A DNA stretch of 64,000 nt from Bryobacterales bacterium. GTDB lineage: Bacteria > Acidobacteriota > Terriglobia > Bryobacterales > UBA6623. Under the pieces are notes generated by a model that did no database searches, was not told where the DNA came from, and saw nothing but the letters and a program-made list of their open reading frames with translations. This document shows, piece after piece, positions 1 through 8,379 of the stretch (positions are counted from its first letter, which is position 1; each line of letters opens with the position of its first letter). The stretch spans positions 583,342 through 647,341 of the forward strand of contig CBDBIU010000004.1 of the NCBI GenBank assembly GCA_965206025.1, read 5' to 3'. The position numbers and the translations under genes were made by a program.

Positions 1-113
1 AGAGTTGTCACGAAGCCCTTGAATGGCACCGAAGCAGGCTCCGGGAGGTCGGCCTCACAGTGGCGAGGGATCCGTCACTCACCGCCGCCAGCCACTAAAA
101 TCCCAGAAGAGCC
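1..113. mobile_element. Right-hand terminus of an ISL3-type element (full copy or MITE); the body lies off the left edge of the window
   Basis: All 113 bp are identical base-for-base to 57987-58099, the right end of the 456-bp MITE. The sequence ends ...GCCACTAAAATCCCAGAAGAGCC, the same type of terminus as the ISL3 element at 2136-3434 (right end ...CCCACTTAAAACCCGGAAGAGCC). Confidence 0.7.
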
Positions 114-372
114 AGAAAACTTTGTCCCGACGACCCTCGAGGGCCCGACCCATCCTTCTTTCCGCTTCGCCGTTGGCGTAGCACCAGCCATTATCCATGA
201 AACTCACGCCCTGCTCGACGGCGGCTTGAATGATGCCTATACTCGTCTCGTCACTGATACTGGCAAACCCGCAATGGCCTCCGCCTAACCCGATGATCGA
301 CACCTCTTCCCCGGTTTTACCCAGCGGACGTACAGGAATGCCAGCGTCGTTCTTCTTCATGGAATTTCCCAC
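114..372 (-). pseudogene. Aldo/keto reductase, N-terminal fragment only; the 3' part is cut off by the ISL3-type terminus at 113/114
   Basis: ORF 79..372 reads MKKNDAGIPVRPLGKTGEEVSIIGLGGGH...IIQAAVEQGVSFMDNGWCYANGEAERRMGRALEGRRDKVF. This is the typical AKR N-terminus (LGxTGxxVSxxGLG, then D-x-A-xxY-xxG-xSE-xxxG). Family-like sequence stops exactly where the IS terminus starts, and the frame runs on into IS DNA. Confidence 0.65.
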
Positions 373-775
373 TGTTCGCGGCTGGGACGGAACCGAGTGG
401 AGGTTCGAGCAGTTTAGTCTTCTCGCCCTCGCTCATGGGCACGTGATGAGTTCGCGACCGGCTGGAGGAAAACGCGGCCCAAACGACGTCCGATTTCGGG
501 TCCATTCTAACACGTTGTCCCGCCGGTGGATCTCAAACCGCTCGCCTGGTTGCGCCCGGAACGCGAGGCGCCCTTTCCCGGCTAAGTACTGTATTTGGGA
601 AATGCAGCTACGCGTCAATCAGCTTGTCGAGGTATGGCAGCTCATTCACTCGGGCACAAGGAACTTGCGCCCCTACGTTTTGAACGCGAGATACTCAAAC
701 CCATCAGTAGAGGCGCCACTCATCGCGTCCGCGGCCGGCCGCGTTTCGCAAAACCGTATTAGCGGAACGATGCAC

Positions 776-975
776 TTAGCCCGCTTTTCTCACCACCTGA
801 CGGTCGAAGCACGCAATAAGCACGCCATGACTGCGTTGCGCTTGCTCGCCGTGCTCAACGTACTGTTCAAGTACGCCCGCATTATTCAAGAAATGCGGCG
901 CCGAGCGGCGCGCGCCTTGTACTGACGGGCCTCTCCCGCACTTCGCCTCGCCACGTGGTGAGAAAAGCGGGTTAG
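776..975 (+). mobile_element. ~200-bp MITE-like element, copy A
   Basis: Terminal inverted repeats CCCGCTTTTCTCACCAC ... GTGGTGAGAAAAGCGGG, flanked on both sides by TTAG. The central ~100 bp is about 95% identical to the inverted copy at 32778-32977. It carries a 33-codon ORF remnant (MTALRLLAVLNVLFKYARIIQEMRRRAARALY). Confidence 0.7.
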
Positions 976-1341
976 CCGCCGAGCATCCAGGCCACCACCA
1001 GGTCATTGCGCGCTAGGCAAACGATAAGTAGAATGGTGCGATCGGACGCAGAAATACGCCTGCGGCTCGCGGCGGGGACTGCCACCAATTTAGCGTGTTC
1101 GAAGAGGCAACAAGTTATGGGGGCGTCCGGACGCCAGATTGACTGACTGTCCTCAGCCATCACGCAGTCTTTCTTTCTCGCACCGAAAAAAAGCTGTGCT
1201 CGGAGCACCGTTGAGTAGCTATGCGGAACAAGCAACCTAGCCCCCCGACTGGCCCGCGAACGCAGTCCCGCGCGAAGAAAGATCTGTTGACCCAGGTAGA
1301 TTCCGATACGAGAAACCGGTGAGCCGAGACAGGAGAGCGGG

Positions 1342-2094
1342 ATGCGCCGAGTGCTAGTTCTGGTTTACGGCGCGATCGGCTATCTGGTCTCTCTGGGAGC
1401 GTTCCTGTACGCCATCGGGTTCGTGGGCAACTTTGGCGTGCCCAAGGCCATCGACTCCGGCGACCCGGGGCGTCCGATTCCATCCCTGTTGATCAATGCG
1501 GTTCTTCTGGGAATCTTCGCCCTCCAGCACAGCGGCATGGCCCGCGAAGGGTTCAAGCGCTGGTGGACTCGGTTCGTCCCGCAACCGATCGAGCGCAGCA
1601 CGTACGTGTTGTTCTCCAGCCTGGCGCTCGTTCTTCTGTACTGGCAGTGGCGACCCCTGCCTGAGGTGATTTGGAAGGTCGAAAGCGGGGGCGGTCAGGC
1701 CGTCGCTCAGGCCCTGTTCGCCCTAGGCTGGCTAACCGTCCTGCTGGCGACCCTGATGATCCACCACCTCGATCTCTTGGGAATGCGCCAGGTCTGGCTG
1801 CGTTTTCAGGACTTGCCTTACCGTAGTCTCGGTTTCCGAACGCCTGGCCTCTACAGGTACGTGCGACACCCGATTCAGGCTGGCTTGTTGATTGCTTTTT
1901 GGGCGACGCCGACCATGACGGCCGGGCATTTGATCTTCGCCCTGGGGATGACGGCGTATGTCGTGATTGGGGTGAAGACCTTCGAAGAACGGGATCTCCG
2001 CAAGGAGTTCGGACCCCGCTACGAGAATTACGTGCGGCAAGTTGGAGGATTCCTGCCCAAGGGACGTTATCGGGAGGCATCCCCGTCCCACTAG
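1342..2094 (+). CDS. Membrane methyltransferase family protein (ICMT/PEMT-like; resembles MddA-type methanethiol S-methyltransferases)
   Basis: 250-aa ORF with several hydrophobic helices and the C-terminal motif GLYRYVRHPIQAG...FEERDLRKEFGPRYENYVRQV, typical of isoprenylcysteine carboxyl methyltransferase-like enzymes. The MddA-like call is recognition from memory only. Confidence 0.7.
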   Translation: MRRVLVLVYGAIGYLVSLGAFLYAIGFVGNFGVPKAIDSGDPGRPIPSLLINAVLLGIFALQHSGMAREGFKRWWTRFVPQPIERSTYVLFSSLALVLLYWQWRPLPEVIWKVESGGGQAVAQALFALGWLTVLLATLMIHHLDLLGMRQVWLRFQDLPYRSLGFRTPGLYRYVRHPIQAGLLIAFWATPTMTAGHLIFALGMTAYVVIGVKTFEERDLRKEFGPRYENYVRQVGGFLPKGRYREASPSH

Positions 2095-2135
2095 GACGAC
2101 CTAGTGCTTACTTCCATAAGTTCGCGTATTTAAAA

Positions 2136-3434
2136 GGTTCTTCCGGGTTTCTAGTGGGCGAGTGTGGCTCGGTGGTAGTCTCGCGGGATGCAAGACCGCG
2201 AGCTATACCGCCAGATTCTGGGCATCGAAAGTCCCTGGAAAGTCGCGCGAGTGGAGCTGCGCCGAGCCGACGGCGAAGTCCACATCTTCCTCGAACACGA
2301 CGAGCAAGTCCGCTGGCCGTGCCGCCAATGCAGCGCCGTGTGCGCACTCCACGATCATCAGCCCGAACGCCGCTGGCGTCACCTCGACACCTGTCAGTAC
2401 CGCACGATCCTGCACGCCCGGCCGCCGCGCAGCGACTGCTCCGAGCACGGGCCGCGCGTCGTGCGACTGCCCTGGGCCGAGGCTTCCAGCCGCTTCACCG
2501 CGCTGTTTGAAGCTCTCGCGATCTCGTGGCTGAAGGAAGCCAGCCAGCAAGGCATCGCCGAGTTGCTGGCGCTGAGCTGGGACGAGATTCACGGCATCCT
2601 GGAACGCGCCGTGCAACGTGGGCTCGAACGTCGCGCGGCAGAGCCGATTCCCTACCTGGGCGTCGACGAGAAGAGCTTCCGCAAGCGCCATCGCTATCTC
2701 ACCGTCGTCAACGATCTCAACCGCTCGCGCGTGTTGTTCGTCGCCGAGGGACGCCGCCAGGCCAGCCTGGACGGCTTTTGGAAGACGTTGAGCGCAGAGC
2801 AACTCGCCCGAGTCGAGGCCGTCGCGATGGACATGTGGGATCCTTACGTCGCCTCGACCCGGGAGCATCTCGACGAATCGGAGAAAAAGATCGTTTACGA
2901 CAAATATCACATCGCGGCGCATCTGGCGAAGGCGGTGGACCAAGTGCGGCGGGCGGAGAACAAGCGTTTACTGGCCCTCGGCGACGAACGTTTGACAGGC
3001 ACGAAGTACGCTTGGCTGCGGCATCCGGCGAACTTTTCCGAGGACGCCTGGCGCGAGTTCCGCGCGCTGCGCGAAAGCGACTTGAAAACGGCGCGGGCGT
3101 GGGCGTTGAAGGAAACGGCGATGCGGCTGTTCGACTATCGTCGCGAATCGGCGGCGCGAGCTTTCTTCGAGCAATGGCGCGGCTGGGCGAGTCGCAGCCG
3201 GCTGACGCCGATGGTCACCGTAGCGCGGATGTTGACGGCTCGCCTCGAAAACATACTCACGTATCTGAAACACCGCATTACGAACGCGGTCAGCGAGGGG
3301 TTGAACTCAAGGATTCAATGGGTCAAGGCCACGGCGCGCGGTTTCCGCAATCAACAGAACTTCATCAACGCCATCTACTTCCACTGTGGGAAACTCGATC
3401 TGGCTCCTTCGCCCACTTAAAACCCGGAAGAGCC
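2136..3434 (+). mobile_element. Intact ISL3-family insertion sequence (1299 bp)
   Basis: Inverted repeats GGTTCTTCCGGGTTTCTAGTGGGCG (2136-) and CGCCCACTTAAAACCCGGAAGAGCC (-3434). A perfect 8-bp direct repeat ATTTAAAA lies at 2128-2135 and 3435-3442. A single transposase ORF fills the element. Confidence 0.9.
2188..3420 (+). CDS. ISL3 family transposase
   Basis: 410 aa. The N-terminal zinc-finger region (WPCRQCSAVCALHDHQPERRWRHLDTCQY...SDCSEHG) is followed by the DDE_Tnp_ISL3-like body (VDEKSFRKRHRYLTVVNDL...VAMDMWDPY...SEGLNSRIQWVKATARGFRNQQNFINAIYF). Confidence 0.92.
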   Translation: MQDRELYRQILGIESPWKVARVELRRADGEVHIFLEHDEQVRWPCRQCSAVCALHDHQPERRWRHLDTCQYRTILHARPPRSDCSEHGPRVVRLPWAEASSRFTALFEALAISWLKEASQQGIAELLALSWDEIHGILERAVQRGLERRAAEPIPYLGVDEKSFRKRHRYLTVVNDLNRSRVLFVAEGRRQASLDGFWKTLSAEQLARVEAVAMDMWDPYVASTREHLDESEKKIVYDKYHIAAHLAKAVDQVRRAENKRLLALGDERLTGTKYAWLRHPANFSEDAWREFRALRESDLKTARAWALKETAMRLFDYRRESAARAFFEQWRGWASRSRLTPMVTVARMLTARLENILTYLKHRITNAVSEGLNSRIQWVKATARGFRNQQNFINAIYFHCGKLDLAPSPT

Positions 3435-3560
3435 ATTTAAAAAGGCCTTTCCCAAAGGATCATACGGCCATCCGTCTGGACCGGAGGTGCTTTGTTCACA
3501 AAGCCTTCTGAGCCGCGACCGCGAGGGAGCGGTCCCCGAATGGCCGCCCCATAAACGATC

Positions 3561-4920
3561 GCTAACTATCTGATAGCACTGCTGTCCGGTTAAAAGTCGA
3601 ATAGAATCAATTGGTTGGGGTCATAGGGGGATTCGTTTGGGGAGTCGGATGGCTGGAGTGCCTGTAAAAGGGGCATTTTTTCGAATTGCGTAACGCTGAG
3701 AATCTGTAGAATCTGGTAAAGACTCGCTTCCAGCCCGAGCCGTTTCCGGACGATGGCGATGAGCACGTAAATCGAGACAGCGATCCAGATCTGCGTCTTG
3801 ACGGCGTTCTCGCTGGTGCCGTAAAACGAGTTGATTCGCAGATGTTGCTTGATCCACTTGAAGAACAACTCAATCTGCCAACGCGACTTGTAGATGTGGG
3901 CGATGGTCAGCGCCGGGAGCGCGAAGTTGTTGGTCAGAAACTTCAGCCGCTTGTTCGTCCGGGCGTCGAAGTAACTGACCCTCCGCAACGGGTCGGGATA
4001 GGCTTGGGCCGATTCGATGGCAGCCAGTATGACGGTCTGATCCGAGCGCAAGCCCGTGGATTTGTCGACGGGATGCGAGTAGCGCCGTTGGAGCAAGATG
4101 TTCTTCTTGGTTCGCACGACGAAGAACGACGAGCAGAGAGTGAACACGAAGAGGCGTTCGAAATCGACGTAGGCCCGATCCATGACGTAGAACGCGCCGG
4201 CCTCCGGGCCGATCTCGTCGAGGATGTTGATGTCGTGCACTTTGCCTCCAGTAATGCGGATGAACGTGGGAATATTGCCGTGCAGATCCAGCAGCGTGTG
4301 CATCTTCACGGCGGCCTTTTGCTTGCGGAATCTCGCCCACGGAAACAGCGACAGGCAGAGGTCGATTGTTGTCGAGTCGAGAGCGTACAGAGTCTGGTCC
4401 AAGTCCACACCGATCGGGTCGTGGGCATATAACGGCCGTGCCATGCCAATCAAGACCTGCGCGAAGTCCGCGTAGATCCGCCAGTCGCGCGACTCGTTCG
4501 CATCGGCCAGTGTCGAGCGCGCTACCCTGCCGCGGAATCCCATGTGGTAGAGTTTGCCGTGCATCGAACGCAGGCACGTCTCGATGTCGCGGAGGCTTGC
4601 CCGATAGGTCAGCTGGGCGAATGCCATCGCAAGAAACTGATCCCAGCAGGAGAAACTTTTCAGATAGGAATCGCCGCGGTAGCGCGATACACATTTCTGA
4701 AACTCTTTGCTCGGTAGGTGCTCGATCAGTTGGGAGAAAACCGTACGGCCAAGGTTCATCCCTCATTGTGCCGCGTCCGGATGCTCCGTTCAGGCGACCA
4801 TTTGCGGCCTCGGGATTTCAAATCGTTCCCGAGCAAAACAGGCCATAAGACATTGAGCGGTCGAGACTTACCGTCCGATGGCGCGACTTTCCCCGGACAG
4901 CACTGATGTGATAGTAAGCA
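3561..4920 (-). mobile_element. IS4-family insertion sequence (ends approximate)
   Basis: Transposase ORF bracketed by an inverted-repeat core: CACTGCTGTCCGG (3577-3589) and CCGGACAGCACTG (4893-4905). Weaker similarity extends ~15 bp further out. The exact termini and target duplication could not be resolved by eye. Confidence 0.6.
3590..4759 (-). CDS. IS4 family transposase (DUF4372 N-terminus plus DDE_Tnp_1 domain)
   Basis: 389 aa. MNLGRTVFSQLIEHLPSKEFQKCVSRYRGDSYLKSFSCWDQFLAMAFAQLTYRASLRDIE is the DUF4372-type N-terminus. It is followed by YALDSTTIDL...FYVMDRAYVDFERL...YKSRWQIELFFKWIKQHLRI, the YREK-type DDE signature of IS4. Confidence 0.9.
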   Translation of the reverse strand: MNLGRTVFSQLIEHLPSKEFQKCVSRYRGDSYLKSFSCWDQFLAMAFAQLTYRASLRDIETCLRSMHGKLYHMGFRGRVARSTLADANESRDWRIYADFAQVLIGMARPLYAHDPIGVDLDQTLYALDSTTIDLCLSLFPWARFRKQKAAVKMHTLLDLHGNIPTFIRITGGKVHDINILDEIGPEAGAFYVMDRAYVDFERLFVFTLCSSFFVVRTKKNILLQRRYSHPVDKSTGLRSDQTVILAAIESAQAYPDPLRRVSYFDARTNKRLKFLTNNFALPALTIAHIYKSRWQIELFFKWIKQHLRINSFYGTSENAVKTQIWIAVSIYVLIAIVRKRLGLEASLYQILQILSVTQFEKMPLLQALQPSDSPNESPYDPNQLILFDF

Positions 4921-5407
4921 CTAACAGCCCGCGGCAAAAGTAGACGTCGCGAAAAATCGGGTACAGCCAGCCAATTCGCTTCCGGTGAAGTTCTTTGTTT
5001 CCAGGGCCATGATGGGGGGCGAATAAGTGGCAGTCCCCATTTTCCTCTCCCGTGCGACTTTCGCCACGGGCCGCTAGCCCGCGTTTCTCGCGATCGTTCG
5101 GACGAGCGGCGCGGAACGAACTTTGTAAGGGCGGGCCGCCGCGTGTTTGTTGTCAACACATTCCTTACACGTTCCGCCACCCCTGGCTGAAGCCACGGGC
5201 TTTTGCATTGTATTAGCTCCTTCGGGGGCAAGAGGAAACCGGCCCGGCTGCCCGGCTCCCACGCCGCTTGCGGAGCACGCTATTCTGATATCGTTAGGAT
5301 TGCACGCCTTAGCGGCCCTTGACCCCCAAGGGACTTCGATGCCCCTGCTGGGGTAACGTCCATCCGGCGGTCGTGTGCCGCGAGGCGGGAAAGACAGGAA
5401 GGGACCA

Positions 5408-6433
5408 GTGAATTTTCGTTCCCTCTTCAGCGTTTTCTCGCGAGACCTGGCCATTGATCTGGGCACGGCCAATACGCTGGTCTCTGTTCGCGGCAAGGGG
5501 ATCGTTGTCAACGAGCCTTCGATCGTCGCCATCAACAGGACCACCGGCGACGTCGAAGCCGTGGGCAAAGAAGCCAAGGAGATGGTCGGACGGACACCGG
5601 GAAACATCGTCGCCATCCGCCCCATGAAGGACGGCGTGATTGCGGACTTCAAGGTCACCGAGAAGATGTTGGCCTACTTCATCCAGAAGGCGCACAACCG
5701 GAAAATGCTGGTGCATCCCCGAATCGTTATCGGCGTGCCCAGCGAAATCACTCCCGTCGAAGAACGCGCGGTGCGCGATTCGGCCTACCGCGCCCATGCC
5801 AGCGAGGTCCATCTTGTCGAGCAAGCCATGGTGGCCGCGATCGGCGCCGGGCTGCCCATCACCGAGCCTTGTGGAAACCTGGTCGTCGACATCGGAGGGG
5901 GAACAACGGATGTGGCCGTCATCTCCATGTCCGGGATCGTATACTCGCGTTCCGTACGCGTTGCCGGCAACGAGATGGACGAAGCGATCATCAACTATCT
6001 CAAAAAGAAGCACAACCTGCTCATCGGCGAGCGGACGGCGGAGCAGGTCAAGATCGAGTTGGGATCGGCCTACAAGTTGGACGATCCTTCGACGATGGAC
6101 ATCAAGGGGCGCAATTTGATCGAGGGCGTGCCGCGAACGGTGACGGTGGACGACAGCGAGATCAGAGAGGCGCTTTCAGAATGCGTCAACACGATCATGA
6201 ATGCGATACGAGTGGCGCTCGAAAGGACTCCCCCCGAGCTGAGCGCCGATATCAGCGACCGCGGCATCGTGCTGACCGGAGGCGGCGCGCTGCTTCGCAA
6301 CCTTGATGTGCGCATTCGTTCGGAAACGGGTCTCCCGGTCTCCATTGCCGAGGACCCGCTGGCTTCGGTGGTGATCGGCACGAGCCGAATGTTGAGCGAT
6401 TTCAAGTTGCTCCGCCGCATTTCCATCGAGTAA
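5408..6433 (+). CDS. mreB: Rod shape-determining protein MreB
   Basis: Actin-like ATPase motifs: DLAIDLGTANTLV, VVDIGGGTTDVAV, LTGGGALLRNLD. I prefer the GTG at 5408, which has GGAAGGGA 6 nt upstream, because it gives the usual MreB N-terminus. The ORF is open from the GTG at 5375. mreC and mreD follow. Confidence 0.93.
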   Translation: MNFRSLFSVFSRDLAIDLGTANTLVSVRGKGIVVNEPSIVAINRTTGDVEAVGKEAKEMVGRTPGNIVAIRPMKDGVIADFKVTEKMLAYFIQKAHNRKMLVHPRIVIGVPSEITPVEERAVRDSAYRAHASEVHLVEQAMVAAIGAGLPITEPCGNLVVDIGGGTTDVAVISMSGIVYSRSVRVAGNEMDEAIINYLKKKHNLLIGERTAEQVKIELGSAYKLDDPSTMDIKGRNLIEGVPRTVTVDDSEIREALSECVNTIMNAIRVALERTPPELSADISDRGIVLTGGGALLRNLDVRIRSETGLPVSIAEDPLASVVIGTSRMLSDFKLLRRISIE

Positions 6434-6475
6434 CGCCCCTAGGGCGCTTGCTCGGGGCTTGGCGTCGCCTTCCGG

Positions 6476-7849
6476 TTGGCAAGGACCGTCGCCGAGCGGC
6501 TGACGAGGTGGGCGACCTCCGATCGCGAGGCGCGACGAACAAGAACCGTGGTTGAACTCTTCACCCGCTACCGCAACACCTCGGCCCTCATTGTCGTGCT
6601 GGCTGTCCAGCTCACTCTGTTGGCCTACCAGGTGAAGCGCGGCGGTGACGCCAGCTTGCTGCACGTATGGACGGCGGCGGCGATCGCGCCGGTGCAGAAA
6701 GCGATGAGTACGACATCGCACTTTGTGACGTCAAGCTGGAACGGCTACGTTTGGCTGGTCGATACGAGCGAAGAAAACCAGCGATTGAACCGACAGGTTG
6801 ACGAACTGAAGCTCGAGAATCAACGGTTGCGGCGGTCGGTGGGACGATTCGAACGCGGGCGAGCGCTGAGGGGGTACCAGGAGAGCATTGCTTCCCAGAC
6901 CGTGAGATCCCAGGTCATCGGCGTAGGGTCCAATCCGAACTCCAAAGAAATCTTCCTGGATCTCGGGACGAATGCCGGCGTCGCGGCCGGCATGGCGGTC
7001 GTGACGGCCGATGGAATCGCGGGCAAGGTACACGCCGCCCATGGCGGTACATCCTTGGTGCTGCTGTTCAACGACCCTGAAGCCGCCGTCGGCGTGTTGC
7101 TTGCCCGTTCGCGCGCGCGCGGGGTCTTGAAGGGAACGGGTTCCTCTTTTTGTCTGATGGATTACGTGGATCGTGATGTCGAAGTGAGCATCGGCGAAGA
7201 GGTCTATACTTCCGGGGACGACCGAGTCTACCCTAAGGGGCTTTTGGTGGGAACCGTCACCCGCCTTGAGCAAGCGAGCGAATTCCAGCGCATCTACGTC
7301 AAGCCGGCCGTCCCTCTCAACCGGCTGGAAGAAGTGTTGGTGATTACCTCGGGAGTGCACCAGCAACTGCCCAGCTCGACCGCACGGCAGCAGCCCGGGC
7401 GATTGTTGCCGCTCCCCCCCGCGGATTTCAAGCCCGCAAACCCCGTAGAGTCGGGTCTGATGAGGAACCGGACCGGCGCCGGGGCCTTGGGTTTTGATCA
7501 GATCGAAGACGCTGCCCCCGGCGCCGCTCCTCGAGCCACGGCCGCGGATCGATTGAAGCGGCGCTACCTGCGAATCGGCGAGGCGCAAGGACATCGATTC
7601 GGGGAAGGCGAGCCCGGCTCTCCGGCTCCCGACTTCAATCTGCGAACCGCGCGGCCCCGGCCCCTTCCCGGGGACACTTCGACAGCCCGGGCGGAGATCG
7701 GCGACTCCGGGGCGGCTCGGCGCCGGCAAGCGGAATCCGCGCCGGAGCCGCCCCCCGCTCCAAGCACACAGGCCGCCGCACCCGACCCTGCGAAGCGCTC
7801 GAGCGCTTCGGATGAGCGCACATCGGAAGGGCGCGGGGAACATCGCTGA
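6476..7849 (+). CDS. mreC: Rod shape-determining protein MreC with a ~160-aa Pro/Ala/Arg-rich C-terminal extension
   Basis: It lies between mreB and mreD. It has an N-terminal TM helix, a coiled coil (NQRLNRQVDELKLENQRLRR) and a beta-barrel core (GVAAGMAVVTADGIAGKV...YTSGDDRVYPKGLLVGTV). The start is uncertain (TTG at 6476 or GTG at 6548). Confidence 0.85.
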   Translation: MARTVAERLTRWATSDREARRTRTVVELFTRYRNTSALIVVLAVQLTLLAYQVKRGGDASLLHVWTAAAIAPVQKAMSTTSHFVTSSWNGYVWLVDTSEENQRLNRQVDELKLENQRLRRSVGRFERGRALRGYQESIASQTVRSQVIGVGSNPNSKEIFLDLGTNAGVAAGMAVVTADGIAGKVHAAHGGTSLVLLFNDPEAAVGVLLARSRARGVLKGTGSSFCLMDYVDRDVEVSIGEEVYTSGDDRVYPKGLLVGTVTRLEQASEFQRIYVKPAVPLNRLEEVLVITSGVHQQLPSSTARQQPGRLLPLPPADFKPANPVESGLMRNRTGAGALGFDQIEDAAPGAAPRATAADRLKRRYLRIGEAQGHRFGEGEPGSPAPDFNLRTARPRPLPGDTSTARAEIGDSGAARRRQAESAPEPPPAPSTQAAAPDPAKRSSASDERTSEGRGEHR

Positions 7850-7857
7850 GGGAAGCC

Positions 7858-8379
7858 GTGGGGCAGCCGCTTTCTCCTTCACTTGTCCGGGAAAATGCCA
7901 CCAGGATGGCCACGGGCGTGCCCGTCGTGATCGCCGTAGTCGCCCTGGCTGCCCAGGTATACCTGCCGCTTCATGTCAGAACGTTGGGTCTCTTCGATCT
8001 GCCCCTGCTCGTTGTCGCCTATCTGGCGTTGCTCGGTCGCCGGCCCATCGTGGGACTGCTGATCGGCGCGGCGGTCGGATTGGCGCAGGACGGGCTGACG
8101 CATGGTCCGCTGGGGGTTTTCGGCATGACCAAGACGGTTGTCGGATACCTGGCCGGCTGGGCCAGCCAGGTGATCCAAGTGGGTTTCCCAGGCGTCCGCG
8201 GCATTTTGGTCGGGGCTTTCTTTCTCCTTCATCAATTCCTGTTTTGGACCGTTCAGATCGTGCTGTTGGGCAATGAACTCGCGGTGGATCTCGCGCTCAC
8301 CTTCGGCCTGGCCGCCGGCCACGCGGCGGCGGCACTCCTGCTTTACCGCTTATTCGACCGCTGGAAGAAGACCTCGTGA
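7858..8379 (+). CDS. mreD: Rod shape-determining protein MreD
   Basis: 173-aa polytopic membrane ORF directly after mreC. Its stop overlaps the mrdA start (GTGA at 8376-8379). Confidence 0.8.
   Translation: MGQPLSPSLVRENATRMATGVPVVIAVVALAAQVYLPLHVRTLGLFDLPLLVVAYLALLGRRPIVGLLIGAAVGLAQDGLTHGPLGVFGMTKTVVGYLAGWASQVIQVGFPGVRGILVGAFFLLHQFLFWTVQIVLLGNELAVDLALTFGLAAGHAAAALLLYRLFDRWKKTS

Noticed and set aside
230-925. 231-aa plus-strand ORF
   Set aside because: It runs antisense through the aldo/keto reductase fragment, across unassigned DNA, and into MITE copy A. Only its last ~33 codons (the MITE core) look protein-like, and those are explained as a transposase tail remnant.
831-929. 33-codon ORF inside the MITE as a stand-alone small hydrophobic/Arg-rich peptide (type I toxin-like idea)
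   Set aside because: Copy C lacks the ATG and copy E has frame-breaking indels. The peptide resembles the C-terminal tail of IS5-family transposases. A relic of the parental transposase gene is the simpler explanation, so I kept it only as a note under the MITE finding.
6731-7882. 383-aa minus-strand ORF
   Set aside because: It is antisense to mreC, including its low-complexity tail. It has no recognisable domain, and operon logic (mreB-C-D) supports the plus strand.
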